IMG/VR virus record: IMGVR_UViG_3300036715_000626
Coordinates: 1-64,000 of that record
Length of the DNA stretch: 64,000 nt
Direction: 5' to 3' (one strand)
Shown here piece by piece: positions 60,282 through 64,000 of the stretch. A model generated the notes under the pieces. That model was not told where the DNA came from, ran no database searches, and saw nothing but the letters and a program-made list of their open reading frames with translations. The first letter of the stretch is position 1; the number at the start of each line of letters is the position of its first letter. A program made the position numbers and the translations under genes.

Positions 60282-60706
60282 ATATTGATTTCTTTAATTT
60301 AACCAATACCACAAAATACATCGACGATGTTTTGTACTTGTTAGACAGATGTCTAACAAGTCCTGAGAGCGCATTATTATTAGCCGATCTATATGATGCT
60401 GAATATGTAGTTGATAAACGATTTGATCGTAAATTAGATGTTAACGAAGGTATATTTGGACCTGTGCTACATAGAGAGAGTGAGAGTCTTTATGAGTTTA
60501 ATCAACTTGATATTATTCTAGATGAGTACATACAATTTGACATACTGAAAATGTACGGGTTATCCATTGATAAATATATGGAACTAACACGGTACGAACG
60601 TAGTGTATTAACGAAGAAAGCTTTGGACGCTATGCAAAAAATAAACGAAGAAGCTGAACGTTTAAGACGTGACAAGAATAACATGATGGGAGACTTAGAT
60701 AGATAA
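60221..60706 (+). CDS. -1 frame extension of 58701..60281 (ORF track start 60332 is a TTG with no RBS)
   Basis: FFRPKRSQ...HHVLDIDFF...YGLSIDKYMELTRYER. Confidence 0.6.
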   Translation, partial: FFRPKRSQNQQNSKPKHHVLDIDFFNLTNTTKYIDDVLYLLDRCLTSPESALLLADLYDAEYVVDKRFDRKLDVNEGIFGPVLHRESESLYEFNQLDIILDEYIQFDILKMYGLSIDKYMELTRYERSVLTKKALDAMQKINEEAERLRRDKNNMMGDLDR

Positions 60707-61395
60707 TGGGAAAACCTATTTCAATATTAATCGATCTAGATAGTTTATTAGATACTCGGTTACCAGTAGTGTATACACTCGATCCGGTATTAGCTTCTAC
60801 CATTATCGATAATGGAGAATACTCTAAGCGTAGAAAGGATATCTTTGGTAATATATCAAATGATATCTTTAAACCTATGTATAATGCTCGTAATAAGGGA
60901 GTACTATCGTTAGCTACACCCACTGGTATAATGAGATTCTTATTACCTTACGTAGCTGAGACTAAGATGGATCTTAAAAATAGTGACGGTCTAAACGATT
61001 TTTATATTTATATCAATGTCTATCCGTATAGTTTAGATATGACTGAACTTATCGAACTTGAGGGTGCGTTTACTCCTGTATTTGGAGATAACCGTATTAA
61101 GTTTGTTCATATGGATTTCGATGAATTATCGCCTAAATGGATTGATAACAATCTTGAAACATTGATATTATATAATGCTATCGATTGGGTTGAATATCAT
61201 ACAGCTAATACTAATATCATAAGAACACCACTTATAAGTAAGATACTTGTAGGTCCAGCTATAGCTGAAGGTAGTATTAAGACCGAAGATATAAACAAAG
61301 AGTTTTTTAAAGACATCTCTATATCATTAGGTAGTCTTATAAATTATCAAGCTATCGATGCCTCTTGTTTCTGTAGTTTACTTGTTGAAATTTAA
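60706..61395 (+). CDS. Conserved phiKZ-like core protein (HAD-like N-terminal DxD motif)
   Basis: ILIDLDSLLDTRL, Y..R..D.F, INVYPY.L. Confidence 0.7.
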   Translation: MGKPISILIDLDSLLDTRLPVVYTLDPVLASTIIDNGEYSKRRKDIFGNISNDIFKPMYNARNKGVLSLATPTGIMRFLLPYVAETKMDLKNSDGLNDFYIYINVYPYSLDMTELIELEGAFTPVFGDNRIKFVHMDFDELSPKWIDNNLETLILYNAIDWVEYHTANTNIIRTPLISKILVGPAIAEGSIKTEDINKEFFKDISISLGSLINYQAIDASCFCSLLVEI

Positions 61396-61417
61396 AAAAA
61401 AATGAGACTAAATAAAT

Positions 61418-61447
61418 ACATATACATACCCTAGGGTATGTATATGT
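61418..61447. terminator. Perfect 30-bp palindrome between convergent genes
   Basis: ACATATACATACCCT|AGGGTATGTATATGT. Confidence 0.75.
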
Positions 61448-62052
61448 TATACTAATCTATCGAAATAGATACCTTCTTTACGACCCCAGTCTTTTAAGAC
61501 CTTAGTACGTAGTGCGATATCCTCTGCGTAACAATTTCCTTTAGTGGATCTTGCACCATAACCGCCACAATTATAACTCGCTACCATGTATTTATATGTG
61601 TTTGATACATGTTTACTTTCCCAATGTGCTTTCCACATAGAAAGATGGTTAAGAGCTATTTCACTAGCAAACTTATCATCGTATAATAGTCGGTATTTAA
61701 CTTGTGAAGCAGTATATTTATGTTTTATTTCGGGGAGCTTCATAGCCTCCGATAACATCTGTTGAAACGTTCCGAAAGAACCTGGATAAGCGGTATGACT
61801 ACCATCGCGCATATTGATTTTGTTTTGTCCAAAATCTGATTCTTTCCAACCCATACTCGCTAGTGTATATCCTAAGTTATGTTTAGCGCCGGTACGGAAT
61901 GATTGGATTAGTACTGCCTTTTGTTTAGGACTCAATGAGTCCAGCTCTTTCATATAGGTTGCTTGCTTTTCAGCATACTCCATATTTTTATTCTGGTGTA
62001 CGCTAGCACTTAAGCTCGCTATTAGAGCTATTATCAAAAGTAGAGTTTTCAT
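61447..62052 (-). CDS. Secreted lysozyme-like / lytic transglycosylase protein
   Basis: Signal peptide MKTLLLIIALIASLSA; SLT motifs WKES.FG, GTFQ, ASYNCG. Confidence 0.75.
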   Translation of the reverse strand: MKTLLLIIALIASLSASVHQNKNMEYAEKQATYMKELDSLSPKQKAVLIQSFRTGAKHNLGYTLASMGWKESDFGQNKINMRDGSHTAYPGSFGTFQQMLSEAMKLPEIKHKYTASQVKYRLLYDDKFASEIALNHLSMWKAHWESKHVSNTYKYMVASYNCGGYGARSTKGNCYAEDIALRTKVLKDWGRKEGIYFDRLV

Positions 62053-62090
62053 GGTCATCCTTCGTATCATGATTTAGAATCTCTGTATTA

Positions 62091-62702
62091 TTACAGCGAT
62101 CCTCCGTCTGGGTCAGTTGGGTCGATTCCTCCGGCGATCAACCTTTCTACATTTTCCCAGGTATCAAGAACACTCAATTTATCGAATACGTCGAGTTCAT
62201 TGTCCTTGTCACTATGATGGTAAGAGTAATGCATAGCATACCCTTCGCCATTACCATCAAACTGCAATACCCCATCCATTACCTGCATATATTCCACACT
62301 CTCTTTTCCATGTTGTGGGTTATTATTTATATACGTGTCTTGAAATCCGTAACACATGTTACGTTGGTAGAGTTTATCTACCTCTGGATGTGCCATGATG
62401 TATTGTTGCATAATTAGATTAGCGCTTGCAAATGCATCGTAGGCGACGGGATATATTACCGTTTGGTTCATATGTGAACCAGTTTTGAACAGCAACGCTT
62501 TTGAAGCGTTTATAATGCTGCTGTCATTGAATCTGTTATACATAGTTTTCACAGTATCTACAAATCTACTACCGATGGCTGTTGTATTATCAATAGCTGA
62601 TTGTATATTGTTCTGTAAATAGTTTAACAGATTACTATCAGGTTGTTTGTATAACATAGCGTTTAGTGCTAATTCTCCGCCCTTGATAGTATTTACATAC
62701 AT
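62091..62702 (-). CDS. Conserved phiKZ-like core protein (gp59-like)
   Basis: MQQYIMAHP, C.GF.DTY, Y..VMDG, TW......G.DPT; AAGGAGG RBS. Confidence 0.7.
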   Translation of the reverse strand: MYVNTIKGGELALNAMLYKQPDSNLLNYLQNNIQSAIDNTTAIGSRFVDTVKTMYNRFNDSSIINASKALLFKTGSHMNQTVIYPVAYDAFASANLIMQQYIMAHPEVDKLYQRNMCYGFQDTYINNNPQHGKESVEYMQVMDGVLQFDGNGEGYAMHYSYHHSDKDNELDVFDKLSVLDTWENVERLIAGGIDPTDPDGGSL

Positions 62703-62807
62703 AATATTAACCTCCTTGTGGTCATTTATAACCTTTCTACAAAAAAATTGTAGAGCTTTATTTAATAAGTCCGTTGCGCAACAGGCTTAGGATGGTTAGT
62801 CCTATAT

Positions 62808-62822
62808 TAATAATATATGGTT
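62808..62822 (-). promoter_or_regulatory. Putative early promoter (AACCATATATTATTA)
   Basis: Same motif family as 5052 and 11627. Confidence 0.5.
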
Positions 62823-62847
62823 ATAATAAAATAAAAAAATATACACA

Positions 62848-62872
62848 TAGCTACTGGTATTACCAGTAGCTA
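62848..62872. terminator. Hairpin
   Basis: TAGCTACTGGTA-T-TACCAGTAGCTA. Confidence 0.7.
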
Positions 62873-62897
62873 CATCTTTTATCAGTACATGGTGTAA

Positions 62898-63353
62898 TTA
62901 TACCTTAGTCACATTAAGCAAAGTGAGTAGTTTAGTAACCATGTCCGGAGCTTGTTTTCTAAGCTGGTTGTTCTTATTAAAAACTCCAGCTACGCCATTC
63001 TTAACAAACTTATGTTTTTTGTCCTTAGGTATTCTATATGGTAAATTATCCACTTGTTGATAGACTCCCCAAACAGGACTATCCGTAACTTCAGAACACT
63101 TTTTAAAAGTACCAGTTTCTAAATTAACTACAATGCAACCTCTTTCACGTACCAACATCAAAGCTTTCTCTCTAGTAAAATTATCATCACCTGTAGTATT
63201 GATAACGTTCACTACGTCATTAACCATAACCTCACTATTACCAACTGAATCGGACCCATTTGTTGCATATAAAACATCTGCTTTACTACCGTATCTTGAG
63301 TGCAGTGTTATCTTTTTATTCTCAGTAAGCCTGTTGACTAATGCTGGTTTCAT
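62898..63353 (-). CDS. Hypothetical protein
   Basis: 151 aa, AAGGAA RBS. Confidence 0.7.
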   Translation of the reverse strand: MKPALVNRLTENKKITLHSRYGSKADVLYATNGSDSVGNSEVMVNDVVNVINTTGDDNFTREKALMLVRERGCIVVNLETGTFKKCSEVTDSPVWGVYQQVDNLPYRIPKDKKHKFVKNGVAGVFNKNNQLRKQAPDMVTKLLTLLNVTKV

Positions 63354-63376
63354 AACTTTCCTTTATTAAAAAATAC

Positions 63377-63412
63377 TGTAACTACTGGCAGGAAATCCTG
63401 CCAGTAGTTACA
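63377..63412. terminator. Hairpin, 17-bp stem
   Basis: TGTAACTACTGGCAGGA-AA-TCCTGCCAGTAGTTACA. Confidence 0.75.
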
Positions 63413-63629
63413 TGTTAACTGTATTTAACAGTTTTGATATTGTATCATCTACTAGATTCTCCGAATCGTCGCTAAGATAATTAGATAAAATACTATTAGC
63501 AGGAGCTAATAAAGTTAAGTTACCTGATACGCTATATGGTTTGGATAAATCTGGGATATTGTAAAACGGTCTAAGTGTTTTAAACTCTTCTGTTAGAAGA
63601 TTATCTAACAAGATAGTGAAGTTTAATTC
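63408..63629 (-). CDS. Probable 3' exon of the nvRNAP beta' N-terminal subunit (phiKZ gp55-56.1-like)
   Basis: Begins ELNFTILLD, as expected right after DFDGD; L.P..N......P..VSGNL.L; no RBS; preceded by intron-like structure. Confidence 0.65.
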   Translation of the reverse strand, partial: ELNFTILLDNLLTEEFKTLRPFYNIPDLSKPYSVSGNLTLLAPANSILSNYLSDDSENLVDDTISKLLNTVNM

Positions 63630-64000
63630 TCTCTTATTCACATAATACGTTACTATTACGTCGCGGCTTTACCCGCTGCTCGATCTTTCGACCGATGACT
63701 GTGTTTTACACAGAAAACCCTCTTAAGGGTGAGTAGACTATATCTTATTTTTGATTGTTTTGTGTTCAAGTCTTCTGATCTTAATATGGGGGTGATCAGA
63801 AAGACTCACTAATTCTTCTAAACTGTGTCTAAGTAAGTACGAGTTTATGTTTGATCTTGGATTACCAGCATCTTTAAATACTCCTAAATACATAGCTAAT
63901 CTGAAGTTACCAAATACATAAAATACTTGTTTACCTTCTTCTCTATTACTATCAATGACTTCATATGTAGCAGCACTAATATCTACATTGTATCTACTGT
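63630..64000 (-). mobile_element. 3' portion of a probable group I intron with embedded ORF
   Basis: S element AAGATATAGTC (63746-63736) followed by five consecutive hairpins, including a GAAA tetraloop. Confidence 0.7.
63656..64000 (-). CDS. 5'-truncated intron-borne ORF (possible homing endonuclease C-terminus)
   Basis: Manual translation SRYNVDISAATYEV...RAAGKAAT*; open from the window edge; no nuclease motif visible in this part. Confidence 0.5.

Noticed and set aside
63408-63641. Independent 77-aa gene starting at GTG 63641
   Set aside because: No RBS, the start lies at the edge of intron-like hairpins, and the sequence reads as the post-DFDGD part of beta'.
1-64000. tRNA or rRNA genes
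   Set aside because: Intergenic gaps are short and I saw no cloverleaf or T-loop signatures by eye; tRNAscan-SE would confirm.

Overview
This is a 64-kb, AT-rich segment of a phiKZ-like jumbo phage genome (probably Chimalliviridae, nucleus-forming). It holds the conserved block SbcD-like nuclease > gp66/67-like > gp68-like nvRNAP subunit > PicA/Imp1(gp69)-like > gp70-like > nvRNAP beta-C. It also encodes terminase large subunit, a split family-B DNA polymerase subunit, a vRNAP beta'-C subunit, a long virion block with five paralogous S-x-E-cleaved internal head proteins, and host-like RecJ, CDF metal transporter and lysozyme-fold genes. phiKZ homolog assignments come from recalled motifs and synteny, not from searches. 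Main unexplained signals: (1) a candidate programmed -1 frameshift (T-TTT-TTC, 60221-60227) that would fuse a core 526-aa CxxC protein to a downstream ORF lacking an RBS; (2) the 3' end of a probable group I intron at the right edge, followed by an exon resembling the RNAP beta' segment after DFDGD; (3) a Zn-ribbon insertion in the PolB exonuclease domain; (4) a CDF transporter with an intact transport site but degenerate regulatory site, inserted in the core block; (5) a tandem array of RBS+ATG units; (6) a coding array of palindromic 30-bp units; (7) about 21 long intergenic palindromes.
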